Part shown: piece after piece, positions 53,496-54,722 of the stretch | How positions within the stretch are numbered: position 1 is the stretch's first letter | How the letters are laid out: each line of letters starts with the position of its first letter | From: a virus | Taxonomy: Duplodnaviria > Caudoviricetes | IMG/VR virus record: IMGVR_UViG_3300049190_000028 | Location: 1 to 54,722 of that record | DNA length: 54,722 nucleotides | Direction: 5' to 3' (one strand) | The notes under the pieces: model-generated | What the model was told of the DNA's origin: nothing | Seen by the model: the letters and a program-made list of their open reading frames with translations, nothing else | Databases searched by the model: none | Program-made: the position numbers and the translations under genes

Positions 53496-53590
53496 GGCGA
53501 AACGGCAGCCGGCTTGTGCTGGCATACTCAAAACGGTAAGCATCGGCCCTCCCGGTGCACGCGCCCCTCTCCGCGCACCGCCCCACCCCC

Positions 53591-54175
53591 ATGCCCCCGC
53601 TGCCTCCGGTCACCAAAGCCTTCCTGCTGGCTTGCGTCGGCTTCTTCTGCTTCTTCGAACTTCTGCCCGGCCTGGCGCCCTGGTTCGAGCTTTGGCCACT
53701 GAACTCGGGCGTCTTCATGCCCTGGCAGCTGCTGACCTATGCCTTCCTGCATGGCAGCTTCACCCACCTGCTGTTCAACATGCTGGGCCTGTGGATGTTC
53801 GGCGGCGAGCTGGAACGCGTCTGGGGCCCCAAGCGCTACACGCAGATCCTCGTCGCCAGCACATTGAGCGCGGCCATCGTGCAGCTGGTCTTCACCTGGG
53901 TCATCGGTTCACGCTCGCCGACGGTCGGCGCCTCGGGGGCGATCTTCGGGCTGCTGCTGTCCTTCGGCATGCTGTTCCCCAACCGCATCATCGTGCCGCT
54001 GATCCCACCCATCCCGATGAAGGCGAAGTACTTCGTCGCGATCTTCGGCGGCCTGGAACTCATCCTCGGCTTCAATGGCGCCAGCGGCGTCGCCCACTTC
54101 GCTCACCTGGGCGGCATGCTGGGCGCCTGGCTGCTGATCCGCAGCTGGCGCTCGCCGCGCCGGCGGCGCGGCTAA
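53591..54175 (+). CDS. Rhomboid intramembrane serine protease (host)
   Basis: WQLLTYAFLH, HLLFNM, GASG, AHFAHLGG. Confidence 0.93.
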   Translation: MPPLPPVTKAFLLACVGFFCFFELLPGLAPWFELWPLNSGVFMPWQLLTYAFLHGSFTHLLFNMLGLWMFGGELERVWGPKRYTQILVASTLSAAIVQLVFTWVIGSRSPTVGASGAIFGLLLSFGMLFPNRIIVPLIPPIPMKAKYFVAIFGGLELILGFNGASGVAHFAHLGGMLGAWLLIRSWRSPRRRRG

Positions 54176-54722
54176 AGACCCTCGCCGGGCGTCGGATAGC
54201 GCAGCGCCAGGCGCAGCTCGCGCTTGAGACGCGAGTTGTCCAGCCGTCGGGACTCGCTCCAGAAGCTCAGCTGCATGGCGCTCATGCGCTCGGCCGCCTC
54301 GGCACGCGTGATGCGCTCGGGGCGTGGCAGGCCGGCCAGGTCGGCGGCCAGGTCGAAGTAGTCGCCCATCAGCAGCTGGCTGTCGTCGCAGACGTTCACG
54401 GCGCGCTGCGGCAGGCCGCGCAGCAGCGCGAGCACGCAGGCACGGGCCAGGTCGTCCGCGTGGATGTGGTTGGTGAACACATCGTCCTCGCGCCGCAGCA
54501 CCGGCGTACCGCGCGCCAGGCGCTCGCGCGGATGCCCGCCCTCGCGGTCGCGGGCATAGATGCCGGGGATGCGCAGCAGGCTGACGCGCGTGCCGTGGCG
54601 GCGGCCGAAAGCGCGCAGTTGGGCCTCGGCGTCGACGCGACGCGCGGCGCGGTCCGTGGCCGGGTTCAAGGCCCGCGTCTCGTCGATGAAGTCACCCTGG
54701 CAGTCGCCATAGACACCGGTCG
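54172..54722 (-). CDS. NAD-dependent epimerase / extended SDR, C-terminal part (host)
   Basis: TGVYGD, LRIPGIY, NHIHADDLA, ESRRLDNSR. Confidence 0.85.
   Translation of the reverse strand, partial: TGVYGDCQGDFIDETRALNPATDRAARRVDAEAQLRAFGRRHGTRVSLLRIPGIYARDREGGHPRERLARGTPVLRREDDVFTNHIHADDLARACVLALLRGLPQRAVNVCDDSQLLMGDYFDLAADLAGLPRPERITRAEAAERMSAMQLSFWSESRRLDNSRLKRELRLALRYPTPGEGL

Overview
Almost the whole window (<1 to ~53,495) is the right-hand ~53 kb of a temperate podovirus-like prophage with an N4-gp56-type capsid and P22-like portal. The host looks like a high-GC Betaproteobacterium (Burkholderiales-like; inferred from composition and protein style). The prophage is integrated in a tRNA-Leu(CAA) gene, whose 3' fragment marks the right att site next to the integrase; host rhomboid and SDR genes follow. 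Left to right: virion genes on the minus strand (ejection proteins, tail fibre, nozzle, a moron with a second tyrosine recombinase, SGNH tail esterase, capsid, scaffold, portal, terminase); nin/replication/methylase genes; cro-cI; an unusually rich immunity insert; then the recombination arm (ERF, exonuclease, RdgC), xis, HNH and int. The left end and lysis genes lie outside the window. The main candidate new system sits beside a cI that lacks the autocleavage domain. It comprises two convergent, complementarily degenerate LuxR proteins, an unannotated 19-codon peptide gene between them behind a lux-box-like site, and a shared 20-bp box abutting a promoter that points into a STAS-like ORF antisense to cI. 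Also notable are a five-copy late promoter, a CsrA-like gene with a repeated hairpin beside the capsid gene, and a probable structured ncRNA. All calls come from reading motifs by eye; no searches or folding programs were run.
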